The notes: generated from the letters alone by a model not told the origin. Shown: positions 38,451 to 51,710, numbered from the stretch's first letter. The stretch is 64,000 bases of DNA from Squalus acanthias (GCA_030390025.1 CM059425.1:166038001-166102000), one strand, 5' to 3'. Program-made: numbers and translations.

Positions 38451-40189
38451 CTCATCAGTAAGGTTAAGTTAAAACTATAGGTGAAATGACCATGTCTAGC
38501 CTGCGACCCCCTGAGCCCTGGAAACTCACTCCTTTCTGTATTTGTATTTCTGGTTTGCTGATTTGTTCTGTAAATTTGGGGGCCTAAAGGTTAGGAAAGG
38601 GATGTTTTTAGTGTGTTGCCTCCTTGGTGGATAAATCCTAAATCAAAACACCAAGACCTGTTTGTGATAACAACTTGAAACTTTGCCTATTAATGGGAAC
38701 ATGAATTTAAACTTCATTTGTGGCACCCGAGACTATGTGGCACCTAGGAAGACAAATTCTTAATCTAACCCACTGTGTACATAGCACCTCAACATAAGAA
38801 CATAAAAGAGTGTTTCTTTAATGGGAAAACAAAATTAAGTTCATAGGCATGTAGTTTGTAGACACAGTCCTTCTATCCCTCCCACAGCTCTCTTCTAGTT
38901 TATTGAAATAGAGCAATAGGAAGGTATGATCATCTCTGGGCAAGTGGCTCTGTTCCTAGGCCTCCTTGCAAAGTGATGCGACTTGGAAGTGAGAATGCAT
39001 TCATGGTGCATGACAAATAGATTTAAATGAAGAGTGCATTCATATTTCATCCAGTGATTTATATTTAATTCTTAGAACAAAATGTACAAAGAACTGCTCA
39101 GTAAACTGACTTTCATCCCGTCCAACAAAATAAAAGCCAAAAGGTTGCTTTACGTCAGAGTGTTCTTTTTTGTAACTTAATGCACAAGGAGATCGCCAGC
39201 CTTCAGGCAACCATAACAGAAACTTGAGAAACTTCCATGATCTCTCAAATTAAACCCAGTGTGCTTACCACCATCATTCTTAAATATCGGAGAGTGAGAT
39301 ATTGAGTTAAAAACAATCAACTTTAATGAAAGGATCGATAGAAAATTAAAAAAATGTGGTCAACCCCCTTATATTTGGAAGAACTTCCTACACAGAATGG
39401 AATTGATGATCATGGGGCATGATTCCTGCTGATTTTTCCCTTCCAGCAAGTTATTTGTCTAACCTTAGACTCAACATTTCGAGCACCTGACATAAGCTTC
39501 CAGGTATGGCTGAATATAAGGCAGGCATATGCTCCCTTCTTCCCCATCCTCCATTTACACACATAAATGACTATATATCCTTAACACAAGAATAATCTTA
39601 TTCCCTAAAATCAACGGTCTCTCCTATCAGTTGAGTTGGTCATGCCAGACACCGACTTGGAAACAAGCTTCACAATGTAAGGAATCGGGTGCTGTTGGAA
39701 GACAGCAAATTTTAAAAACAGGAGCCAACATGGACCAGTACTGCCACAAGTTTCATTAGGTTGAAATAAGCCCTAGCTCTAAAGAGCATTGGTAAAAGTA
39801 TGAGTAAATGTTGCAAGAGCCAAAATTCTCCTGTGAACTAGGCTGCTACTCTCAAAAATCAAATAAAATCTGAGAGACCATCAAATTTCGATAAATGCTG
39901 AAACAAATTTTCTCTGTGGTGGTGGACAAAAGAACTATTTTTGAGGTTGTAACTATTTTCAACACCAAAGTTCTGACTGGTCCCTTTGGAGGACAAGACA
40001 CACCTAGCAGTTTGTCTCGAATGTGTAATTAGATCCTGCCTGCCTGAGTAATCAAGATCTTTGCAATGTGTAATTTGATCCATTCATTGTGACAGCCAGG
40101 CTTCAGAGCTCACAGTGCTAACACTACTGCTTTCAGAGAGCAGACAGGGTTCACCCTCCCGGGTTAGGAGCACTCACACTGCCAAGTTC

Positions 40190-40490
40190 AGATAGGAAGG
40201 GGTGAGGCCATGGAGAGATTTTAACAGGATGAGGAGAATTTTAAAATCAAGGTGTTAGTGGACAGTGTTCCCCCTAATTTTGGGGGGGGGTACACAGTCC
40301 CTTTAATGGGCAGCGCGGGACCTCCAGACAGCTGCGCAGCTTAGCGAGCACAGGGTTGATGGGTGAGTGGGATTTGCTGCGTGTCAGGATACATGCAGCA
40401 GAATTTTGGATGAGCTCAAGTTCATTGAAGGTGGAAGATGGGAGGCTAGCCAGGAGAACAGTGGAATAGTCGAGTCCAGCAAATAACACA
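40190..40490 (-). mobile_element. L2 fragment containing a truncated hAT-like MITE (about 40263-40343)
   Basis: LDYS..LLASLPSST...IQNSAACILTR motif; insert begins cagtgttccccctaa and ends gctgcgcagcttag. Confidence 0.7.
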
Positions 40491-41784
40491 TAAATGTAAT
40501 GTTATATATGTTGTAGGACCAACACAGAATACGCACTCATTTTTAAAAAAATGTATTTATTTATTGCCCATCCCTAGTTGCCCCTCAGAGGGTGGGGTGG
40601 TGGAGGCAGGGGAGGAGAGGGAGAAAGTGGTGCAGGTGTAAAGGGGGTGGGGGTAGAAGAATGTGATCCAGGTCTAACAGAGGGTGGGAGAACGTGATCT
40701 ATCTTCCCATATGGATCACGTTCTTGCTCTTATTCTGCCCCCCACACCCTCCCCCCCCCTTATTTTAGACCTGGATCACGTTCTTCCCCCTCCCCATGCT
40801 TCCCCCCGCCCCCCCCCCCTCAAATTCCTCACCTTCTCTCCCACAGTTCCTGAACTCCTCCCCACTCCCCCGAGCTCCTGACCTTCTCCTCCCTCTCTCC
40901 GAGCTCCTCACTCTGAGTTCCACTCCACCCCCAACCCTTTCAAACACCTCTCTACCCTCCCCTTCAATACCCTCTCCTCTCTGATATTGCGGATCTGACT
41001 GGGATTACAAACTCCTGTTGGGTTTCAGTTATGGCTGCATAAGATAGTGAGGCTGGAAAAACAGCACCGCCGAGGAGCCGCTGTGAATCGTTATTCTCCT
41101 TCTTTCTAGTCCTGGTTGCAGAGCTACAATATGGCAGTCAAAGTTCTCGCCTTTCTGTTGCTGCGCACATTTTGTGTTTCTCCCTCCCAATATTATTTTC
41201 CTCTGCAAGTGTTCGGGCCCACCGCCACCCCTGGCCCGGAACTCCCGCCCGCCCGCTCGTTGCGCCAACTGCATTGACAATTAGAACCAAAATCAAGTGC
41301 TCCCCAAGGCTACCCGTTCGATCCCCTCCATTCAATCCCCTGACCTCCGCATGGAGCCTTAGAAAGCATGGCAGTGCAGGCCGCAGCCATCGCACCGTTG
41401 GGTACTGCGCATGCACAACCGGATCGAGTGCGCATGCGCAGTACCAAATGGACTTGCAGAGAGAGTCAAAAAACATTGTGCAAATAATCACACCGCTTTT
41501 TTAAAAATCTATCAGCAGCAAACATCGGAGGAGGTTGTGGCCCAGAACTCAGCTTCTCATACAACAGAGCGTGGGATTATAGGTGGGATTTTCTTAAAGA
41601 AACAATACAATACCCAGAAGTGGTGATGTTGGTCATGACTAATACTTCGCTACATATGGAGGTTTAACTAATGAATTATGCAACCTCTTCTTTCCCCTCC
41701 CTGCAAGAAAATCGAAAATCAAGAGGTCCCATTGTGCTACCATATCAGGATCTGATACCTTTGGGTTGATGACAAGTATAGAGA

Positions 41785-42140
41785 GAGTCAGAGTTATACA
41801 GCACAGAACGAGGCCCTTCGGTCCATCGTGTCCGTGCCGGCCATCAAGCCCTGTCTATCCTAATCCCATTTTCCAGCACTTGGTCCGTAGCCTTGTATGC
41901 TATGGCATTTCAAGTGCTCATCTAAATGCTTCTTGAATGTTGAGGGTTCCTGCCTCTACCACCCTTTCAGGCAGTGAGTTCCAGATTCCAACCACCCTCT
42001 GGGTGAAAAAGTTTTTCCTCAAATCCCCTCTAAACCTCCTGCCCCTTACCTTGAAACTATGCCCCCTTGTTATTGACCCCTCTACTATGGGGAAAAGTTC
42101 ATTTCTATCTACCCTATCTATGCCCCTCATAACTTTGTAC
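41785..42140 (-). mobile_element. CR1/HER1-type LINE 3' end (family B)
   Basis: ORF 41918-42175 (ITRGHSFKVRGRRFRGDLRKNFFTQRVV). Confidence 0.9.
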
Positions 42141-42556
42141 ATAAAACCCATAGAGAATGTACAGCATAGGTTCACTAGGATGACACCAGTGATGGAAACT
42201 ATAATTATGAGGGAAACTATTATGAGGAAAGACTGAGTCTATTTCCACTAGACGAGAGAAGGCCAAGAGGATATCTAATAGAGATTTAAAAAAATTATTG
42301 AAGGTGTCGGTAGGGTGAATCGGAAAAGACCGTTTCCTCCAGTTAGGAAGTTAGTGAGGAGAGCAGATATTTATTTCAATTTGATGTCTTCCAGTAACAT
42401 TTCACTGATGAAGTTTGTATGGCAAAATGGAAGAAGTTTGTTACTTGATCTTCTGCCAGATACTTGATTTGTTATTGTTACTGTAAGAATGCTTGTATTC
42501 TAAATTATCTGCATCTTTTGCCGAATGGATCTCAAACCTAACTTTCATAGAGTGTG

Positions 42557-42593
42557 TGAGAGAGAGAGGGAGAGAGGGAGAGATGGAGAGAGA

Positions 42594-42640
<47 letters not shown>
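42557..42640. repeat. (GA)n microsatellite
   Basis: Directly visible. Confidence 0.95.
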
Positions 42641-42643
<3 letters not shown>

Positions 42644-43335
42644 CGAGTTCAAATCCCACCACGGCAGCTGGGGAATTTAAATTCAGTTAATTAAATAAAT
42701 CTGGAATAAAAAGCTAGTGTAGTAATGGTAACCATGAAACTATTGGATTGTCATAAAAACCCATCTGGTTCACTAACGCCCTTTAGGGAAGGAAATCTGC
42801 CGTCCTTACCCGGTCTGGCCTATATGTGACTTCAGACCCACAGCAATGTGGATGACTCTTAACTGCCCTCCGAAATAGCCTAGCAAGCCACTCAGTTGTA
42901 ACAAACCGCTACGAAACACAAGAAGAATGAAACTGGACGGACCACCCGGCATCGACCTCGGCACCTGCACACCCAGCCCAGTCAACCCTGCAAAGTCCTC
43001 CTCACCAACATCTGGGAACTTGTGCCAAAATTGGGAGAGCTGTCCCACAGACTAGTCGTCTTTGGCAGCACCTCCCAAACCCACAACCTCTTCCACTTAA
43101 AAGGACAAGGGCAGCAGGCCCATGGGAACACCACCACCTCCCAGTTTCCCTCCAAGTCACACACCAGCCTGACTTAGAAGTGTATCGCTGATCCTTCATC
43201 ATCGCTGGGTCAAAATCCTGGAACTCCCTACCTTCACCACACGGACTGCAGCAGTTCACCACCACCTTCTCAAGGGATGGGCAATAAATGCTGGCTTTGC
43301 TAGCGACGCCCACATCCCATTATCGAATAAAAAAG
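42641..43335 (+). mobile_element. Composite element: tRNA-SINE head and core, start of APE endonuclease, family A LINE 3' end
   Basis: B box gagttcaaatccc; core ctttagggaaggaaatctgccgtccttacc; 42992-43057 encodes KVLLTNIWELVPKLGELSHRLV; from about 43060 matches 22262-22565. Confidence 0.85.
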
Positions 43336-43459
43336 AGAGTTCACTGTAGAATTTTTTGTGACAAAGCACTGCTGGGATCAGGTAACCTATACAGACCAGA
43401 GATCCAAACTGCGATCTTTCTGGTCTGTATGGCTCATCTACTCACTGCAATTATATAGT

Positions 43460-43745
43460 TGCTTTCATGACCTCATGATGTCCCAACGTGCTTCATTGCC
43501 AATTAATTACTTCTGAATGCAGTTACTGTTTTCAAGTAATGCAGTAGCCAATATTCACACACCAAGGTCCCACAAACTGAATAACCAGTTAATCCGTCTG
43601 GTGGTGTTGGCCGAGGGACAACTGTTGGCCAGAGCACAAGGAGAATGCCCTGCTTTTCTCTGAATCCATAATCCACGATCCATGGGATCTTTTTAGTGTT
43701 CACTTAAACAAGATGAGGCTTCAGTTTTATGTGTCATCCAAAAAT
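43460..43745 (-). mobile_element. Decayed Deu-domain SINE
   Basis: Homologous to 26648-26920. Confidence 0.6.
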
Positions 43746-44142
43746 TGATAAACACTTAAGCAGCACAATTTTCTTGGTAGCAAATGAATACATGCATGAA
43801 CATTTTAGAATGAAACATTTTGCTACACTGACAGGATTCAACAACTTCGAGAGAAATAAAAACTGTTGTGCAGCTTTAAAATGTAAATTTCAAGAACATT
43901 TCAACAAAATAAATTACTCAATCTTGTTGCATTGTGTGCATACTCTGTTTAAACTGGCATTTAAACGTACATAACAAAATTAATTGACTTTTTTCTGATA
44001 AAATGTGTAAAGGTTTTTGCCTGCCAGTTAGCATACAATGTAATCATTTTTAAAAAGTAAATGTGAGTGTAGCAATTATACAAACCTTCCAAGAGAACAC
44101 TCATACCCCCCACAGACAAACTTCCGATGAAGGATTGAAATC

Positions 44143-46125
44143 ACAGAAACATAGAAAAATAGGAGCAGGAGTAGGCCATTCGGCCCTTCGAGCCTGCTCT
44201 GCCATTCAATATGATCATGGCTGATCCTCGATCTCAATACCATATTCCCGCTCTCTCCCCATACCCCTTGATGCCTTTTGTGTCTAGAAATCTATCTATC
44301 TCCTTCTTAAATATATTCAGTGTCTTGGCCTCCACAGCCTTCTGTGGTAGAGAATTCCACAGGTTCACCACCCTGAGTGAAGAAATTTCTCCTCATCTCA
44401 GTCCTACATGTCCTACCCCGTATCCTGAGACTGTGACCCCCTCGTTCTAGATCCCCCAGCCAGGGGAAACATCCTCCCTGCATCCAATCTGTCTAGCCCG
44501 GTCAGAATTTTATATGTTTCAATGAGATCCCCTCTCCTTCTAAACTCTGGTGAATACAGGCCTAGTCGACACAATCTCTCCTCATACGACAGTCCTGCCA
44601 TCCCAGGAATCAGTCTGGTGAACCTTCGCTGCACTCCCTCTATGGCAAGTATATCCTTTCGTGGGTAAGGAGACCAAAACTGCACACAGTGCTCCAGGTG
44701 TGGTCTCACCAAGGCCCTATATAACTGTAGTAAGACATCCTTGCTCCTGCACTCAAATCCTCTTGCAATGAAGGCCAACATACCATTTGCCTTCCTAACT
44801 GCTTGCTGCACCTGCATGTTTGCTTTCAGTGACTGGTGTACAAGGACACCCAGGTCCCTCTGTACATCAACATTTCCCAATCTATCACCATTTAAATAAT
44901 ACTCTGCCTTTCTGTTTTTCCTACCAAGTGGATAACTTCACATTTATCCACATTATACTGCATCTGCCATGTATTTGCCCACTCACTCAACTTGTCTAAA
45001 TCGCCTTGAAGCCTCTTTGCATCCTCCTCACAACTCACAATCCCACCTAGTTTTGTGTCATCAGCAAACTTGGAAATATTACATTTGGTTCCCTCATCCA
45101 AATCATTGATATATATTGTGAATAGCTGGGGCCCAAGCACTGATCCCTGCAGTACCCCACTAGTCACTGCCTGCCACCCTGAAAAAGACCCATTTATTCC
45201 TACTCTCCGTTTCCTGTCTGTTAACCAATTTTCAATCCATGCCAGTATATTACCCCCAATCCTATGTGCTTTAATTTTGCACACTAACCTCTTATGTGGG
45301 ACTTTATCAAAGGCCTTCTGAAAATCCAAATACACCACATCCACTGGTTCTTCCTTATCTATTCTACCAGTTACATCCTCAAAAAACTCCAGTAGATTTG
45401 TCAAACACACGATTTCCCTTTCATAAATCCATGTTGACTTTGTCTAATCCTGTTGATATTTTCTAAGTGTCCTGTTATCACATCCTTTATAATAGACTCT
45501 AGCATTTTCCCTGCTACTGATGTTAGGTTAACTGGTCTGTAGTTCCCCGTTTTCTCTCTCCCTCCTTTTTTAAATAGCGGGGTTACATTTGCCACCCTCC
45601 AATCTGCAGGAACTATTCCACAATCTATAGAATTTTGGAAGATGACAACCAATGCATCCACTATTTCCATGGCTACCTCTTTTAGTACTCTGGGATGCAG
45701 ATTATCAGGCCCTGGGGATTTATCGGCTTTCAGTCCCATTAATTTCTCCAACACTTTTTTTACTCATACTAATTCCCTTTAATTCCTCCTTCTCACTAGA
45801 CCCTTGGTTCCCTAGCATTTCTGGGAAGTTATTTGTGTCCTCTTCCGTGAAGACAGAACCAAAGTATTTGTTTAATTGCTCTGCCATTTCCTTGTTCCCC
45901 ACTATAAATTCTCCCATTTCTGACTGTAAGGGACCTACATTTGTCGTCACTAATCTTTTTCTTTTTACATACTTGTAGAAGCTTTTACAATCCGCTTTTA
46001 TGTTCCTTGCAAGTTTACTCTCTCCATTTTTCCCCTCTTAATCAATATCCTGGTCCTTTTTTGCTGAACTCCAAACTGCTCCCAATCCTCAGGTTTGCTA
46101 CTTTTTCTGGCAACTTTATATGACC
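44143..46125 (-). mobile_element. Young 5'-truncated CR1 LINE (family C)
   Basis: Frameshifted ORFs 44413-44880, 44892-45410, 45401-45754 and 45720-45950 with YLDFQKAFDKVPH and KFADDTKL; 3' tail near 44143-44200. Confidence 0.96.
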
Positions 46126-46899
46126 CCTGTTGCATTGCATAGAGTACTGTGAAACAGGATAATTATGTTGAAGTTATCTAATTGTATAACATTCACCTGA
46201 CCACACCATAGGAACAGATTCCAAAATTCCTGTTAGAAGCCACACTCTTGGAGTGCATTGCCAGCATGCAGCCTGGAATTTCCATCAATGCACTTCCTGC
46301 AAACAGTTTCCTACCGAGAGTGCAGGATTAGCCCTTATACACCTCAAATTCTATATGTATTTATTCAATAAGAAACTAGGACACCATTATCCTTCAAAAG
46401 GGACTAGCTGGAAATCACTCCATTTTCACACCAATGGTACAACAGGCAAAGACATTTAGAAGTACCCATTGCTCACTTCAGATTGCAAGGTCACAACTGC
46501 AGCAAGTAACTTTAATAATAAAGAATGGAATGATAAAGGATATTCGGCTCCTCAAGCTAGTGCATCAGACAATGCAAGACTTTTCACAGCCTTTCAAGAG
46601 AAAAATGGCTTGAAATGTTTTCCCTTTTCCTCAAGGCAATATTACTACTATCCCATCGAGCCCTCGACAGTCATCATCTCCTCTAACATGCCCACCCACC
46701 CAAGCTCGAATGATGCTGCTTCTACCCCTCACACAAATTCCTACCTGCAACTGCCTCTAAATCAGCCACTCAGAGAATAAGAAAAAGGCGTAAAACCACA
46801 AGAGTAAGGAAAGGAAAAGTAAAAGAGCAGAAGGAGGCAGAGACAGTTAAATAGACAGAGGGAGAGGGATAAATGAACGTGGAAAGAACATGCATATGT

Positions 46900-47165
46900 T
46901 GGTCCAGTACCATAATCAGTCGGCAATCAACCTAGAGATTGTAAAATTGAATTATATTTAGTAATTTGTGGGCTAGCATCAGAAAAAAAAAAATCACAAA
47001 AGCTGCCGTGTTGTCTTAAAAACCATTAATGTCCTTTAGGGAAGGGACCTGCCACCCCTACCCAGACTGACCTACATAAAATTCCAGTCTCAAGCTATAT
47101 GGCTGACTCTTAATCTCCTCAGAGCTACGAGGGATGGGCAATAAATACTTCCTTGTCGGTGTCCT
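46900..47165 (+). mobile_element. Decayed tRNA SINE with core joined directly to the family A tail
   Basis: taatgtcctttagggaaggg...gactcttaa...gggatgggcaataaat. Confidence 0.7.
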
Positions 47166-48934
47166 AAGATTACATCAAGAAGCTAAAGCGAACGAAGAGG
47201 GAAAGGGACAAGTGAATGATACCAATCTTGGGCACATTTGCAGTACAAGTGTAGCATCAGGATAAAATGGTTTCTGTTTCTCTCCCACGCTCAAGTTATA
47301 GTTTAAATATATCAGATGCAGCCCACTCAAGGATCCAGCCACTGCTCCAAAAGGGTGGACACCCTTGTCATATTGCGTGTAGTTTGACACACCGCCTTCA
47401 ACAGTTTGCAATGTATTGAAGAGAGTTCCGAGAACAGTGACAGAAATCATTCTGTGACATTGGACTCTAAGTTATGGGGAGATACACATTTGGTTGTTGC
47501 CTTTCTGGGCATATTTCCATGGTCCCAGCAGTTCAGGAACCATCATAGCCAACACAGCACTTGATCATTATATGTATTTAATTATCTATCCTTTCAATTC
47601 ATAATTCAGTTTCTAAACAGATATACATCCAGCCATTTTATAGGTGATAATTGACAAAGCACTAATCGCTTTAGCTGAGATTCTATTCCATATTAAAAAA
47701 ATCCATCAAATCTTCGGTTTTGCTCCAAGCTGGTTATAGTTTGTTACTCATTCTCTAGCTCTCTGTTCATTGTTCATGTCAAACAGCCTGCTTACACCAA
47801 CATCAACTATTTACCTCTAAAAGCATGGACAATGCCTACCACTAAGTTATGGAGAGAGACTCAGAACTGAAGCTGTTTTCTTTAGAGAAAAGAAAATTGA
47901 AGGTAGGGTTCAATGTCTCAATGATTTCCATCTGTGTTTTGGGAACCCCTCTTCAGCACATCAGTCAACTGTTGAAAAAGGGGTCAAACTACACACAATA
48001 TTCCAAAATATGGCTTCACATCAAGTTAGAAAAACTTATGACACACGATCAAAAACCCTTGCAAATGCAACAAAGTATCTGACTGATCCAACAGCTTCAC
48101 ACTCGGTGGACAAATTGCAAGACTGTCAGATTTATAGATCCCGAAATAATGAGAACAGCAAAAACTGAGAATGTAGCTAAAGATCCACAGAAAGATTTAG
48201 ATCATGTATCCAATTGGACAGGTGGCAGCTGAAATTTAATACTGAAAGTATTGCACACTAGATAAAAAAAAGTGACATAAGCACCAAATGAATAAAATAG
48301 AATTAGCGCAGGCTGACTCAGAAAAAGACCCGAGAATAAAGGACTAGTCACGAGTTCTAATCGTAATCATATTCAGCTACTCTTCCTTTGCCACCTTTAC
48401 AAATAAACACTGTCCAGATTTCCTGTTCACATAATTTGGTCAAGATCCCCAAACTCTATTCAGTGCCACTTTTATTTCCTATATACAAAGTATAGCATAA
48501 CTATATACCACTCATCAAACAGACTAAAATGACCAGTCATATTTTAAAATCAATTAGCATAGAATTTACAGCACAGAAACAGGCCATTCGGCCCAATTGG
48601 CCTGTGCCGGGGTTTATGCTCCACATGAGCCTCCTCCCACCCCACTTCATCTCACCCTACAAGCATATCCTTCGATTCCTTTCACCCTCGTGTACTTATT
48701 AGCTTCCATGAACCTGAATTATTTGTCACAATGCAACCCCTCAACATGGTAGATAATGAAAGCCGAGTCTCCAAAGTATATCGCCACTTACTGCTCTGAA
48801 TTCTAAATACCCTTGCTTACCAGCCTGCCTCAATCTTCACAGAAGCATTTCCCCCTCCTTTCCTCTGCTTCTGGCAGCATCATCAGCTGGCCCTGGAACA
48901 GGTGATGTTAAATTCCACTACTGTCCTTCATAAT

Positions 48935-51710
48935 GACCTTTAGGGAAGGAAACCTGCCGTCCTTACCCAGTCAGGCCTATTCGTAACAGACCAGTCAGCT
49001 GCGACCTGGGCATTGAATTAGGACACGACAAAGGCAGACCCAGCCCAGTAGACCATGCAAAGTACCCCTCACTAACATCTGGGGACTGGTTCCAAATTTT
49101 GGACAGCTGTTCCACATACTAAGCAGTCAACAGCCTCACATTCATATTTACACTCAGAATCAAACCTATCAGCCAGTGTAGAAGAGCATGCCAGGAGCAG
49201 CACCAGGTGTACCTGAAAATGAAGTGCCAAGCTGAAGAAGCTACAACACAGGATTACATGGATGGTAAACAGCAAAAGCAGGATGCTATAGACAGAGCTA
49301 AGCAACCAACAGATCAGATTAAAGTTTTACAGTCCTGCTACAGCCAAATGCGAATGGTGGTGGACAATTAAGCAACTAACGGCAGGAGGAGGCTCCATGA
49401 ACATCCTCAATGATGGCAGAGCCCAGCACGAGTGCAAAAAGCAATGAACCACTTGAAATCATCTTCAGCCAGAAGTGCAGAGTGGATGATCCTTCCTGAC
49501 CTCGTCCTGTGGACTCCACCATCACAGATGCCAGCCTTCAGCCAACTCGATTCACTCCACGTGGTATCAAGAAATGGCTAAGTGCACTGGACACACAGCA
49601 AAGGCTACAGGCTCTGATAACATTCCAGCTGTAGTGCTGAAGACCTGTGCTCCAGAATGAGCTGCACCCCTAGTTCCAATACAGCTACAACACTGGCAAC
49701 TACCCAACGATGTGGAACAATGTGGGCATAACCTGTCCATGCCCACATGCAACAAGACCTGGACAACGTCTAGGCTTGGGCTGATAAGTCCCAAGTAATA
49801 TTCACGCCACACAAGTGCCAGGCAACAACCATGTCCAACAAGGGAGAATCTACCCACCTCCCCATAACATTCAATGGCATTACCAACACCGAATCCAGCA
49901 CCATTAATCATGATTGAATAATTACTTTGCGTTAGTATGTACAGTACAGGAAGAGGATAGCATGCCAGAAATCCCAAGGAAACTAATACTGAATTAGGGA
50001 CAGGGGCTCAATAAAATTAACGCAAGTAAAATAACAGTAATGAAGAAAATAATGGCACTAAAGAGTGACAAATCCCCAGGGCCAGATGGTTTTTATCCCA
50101 GGGGTTAAAAGGAAGTAAGGAGCACATTGAAGATGTCCCAACGATAATCTTCCAAAGTTCTCTCGATTCAGGAACCATTCCTTCAGGTTGGAAAATTGCA
50201 CATGTCATTCCGCTATTTAAGAATGGCGAGAGAGGGAAACCAGGGAATTATAGACCAGTTAGCCTAACATCTGTTGTCAGGAAATTACTAGAGTCTATAA
50301 TTAAGCATAGGGTGATTGAACACCTCAAAAATTTTCAGTTGATCAGAGAGAGCCATCCTGGTTTTGTGAAAGGTAGGTCATGCCTGACAAACCTGATTGA
50401 ATTTTTTAAGGAGGTGACTAAAATAGTGGACAGGGGAATGTCTATGGGTGTTATTTATATGGACTTGCAGAAGGCATTTGCTAAAATCCCTCATAAGAGA
50501 CAGTTAACTAAGGTAGAAGCCCATGGAATTGAAGGCAAATGATTGACCTGGTTAGGAAATTGGCTGAGCGGCAGGAGACAGAGTAGGGATAATGGGCAGG
50601 TACTCTAATTCACAGGATGTGACTAGTGGTGTCCTGCAAGGATTTGTGTTGGGGCCTCAACTATTCACTGCATGTATTAACGACTTAGATGATGGCATAG
50701 AAAGCCGTATATCCAAATATGCGGATGACACAAAGATAGGCGGCATTGTAGCCAATGTAGATGAAAACATAAAATTACAAAGGGATAGATTAAGAAAATG
50801 GGCAAAACTGTGGCAAATGAATTTCAATGTAGGTACATGTAAGGTCATCTACTTTGGACCTAAAAAGGATAGAACAGGGTAATTTCTAAATGGTGAAAAG
50901 CTAAAAACAGCACATAGATCATTAAAATGGCATCAAACTCCTTATTTGTGCCTTGTAGATGGTGGAAAGGCTTTGGGGAGTCAGGAGGTGAGATACTCGC
51001 CGCAGAATACCTAGCCTCTGACCTGCGCTTGTTGTCACAGTATTTATGCTTGAGGGGCTCAATGGCCTACTCCTGCTCCTATGTTCCTGGAGGGGTCACG
51101 ATTGACCAGAAACTCAACTGGACCAGCCACATAAAAGCCGGGCTACTAGGACAGATCAGAGGTTGGGTATTCTGCAGCAAGTAGTTCACCTCCTGACTCT
51201 CCAAAGACTCGTCGACACCATAAGTCAGGATTGCGATGGGATACTCTCCACTTGTCTGGATGGGTGCAGTTGCAACAACACTCGAAGCTCAACACCATCC
51301 AGGGCAAAGCAGCCGCATGATTGGCACCCTCACAGCTGAACTTGATATACACCCCACCACCACCAGCACGCTGTGGTTGGCGTATGTACCAGCTACAGGG
51401 TGCACTGCAGCAACTCGCCAAGCTTACACTGACAGCACCTCCCAGCGCTGCAACCTCTACCACCGAGATGGAAGTCAGCAGCAACGTAATGGAAACATAT
51501 TCTCTCCAAGTCTCACACCATCCTGACTTAGGCATACATCACCATTTCTTCATCATTGCTGGGTCAAATTCTTGCCACTCCCGACCTAACAGCATTGTAG
51601 GAGTACCTTTACCAGACAGACTGCATCAGTTCAAGGCGGCAGTTCACCAACACCTTCTTAAGCACAACTAGGGATTGCCTTGCCAGTGACACCCATATCC
51701 CAAGAAAGAT
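48935..51710 (+). mobile_element. Family A LINE (SINE-like core, EN start, internal and RT pieces, 3' tail), split by a family C insertion
   Basis: 48935-49907 and 51085-51710 are consecutive parts of family A (compare 21886-21950); TNIWGLVP codons near 49071. Confidence 0.82.
49908..51088 (+). mobile_element. CR1 LINE (family C) nested in family A, with an inverted family A fragment at about 50935-51048
   Basis: ORFs 50312-50542 and 50592-50882 (KYADDTKIGG); tail ggcctactcctgctcctatgttcct ends near 51088. Confidence 0.85.

Noticed and set aside
40052..40090. Minus-strand ACAATGAATGGA resembling the canonical CHD1 start (MNG...)
   Set aside because: It reads MNGSNYTLQRS* with an early stop and no suitable donor, and lies upstream of the UTR-like exon; treated as a chance match
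3450..43745. All five Deu-type SINE copies lie on the minus strand
   Set aside because: Five copies are too few to distinguish from chance
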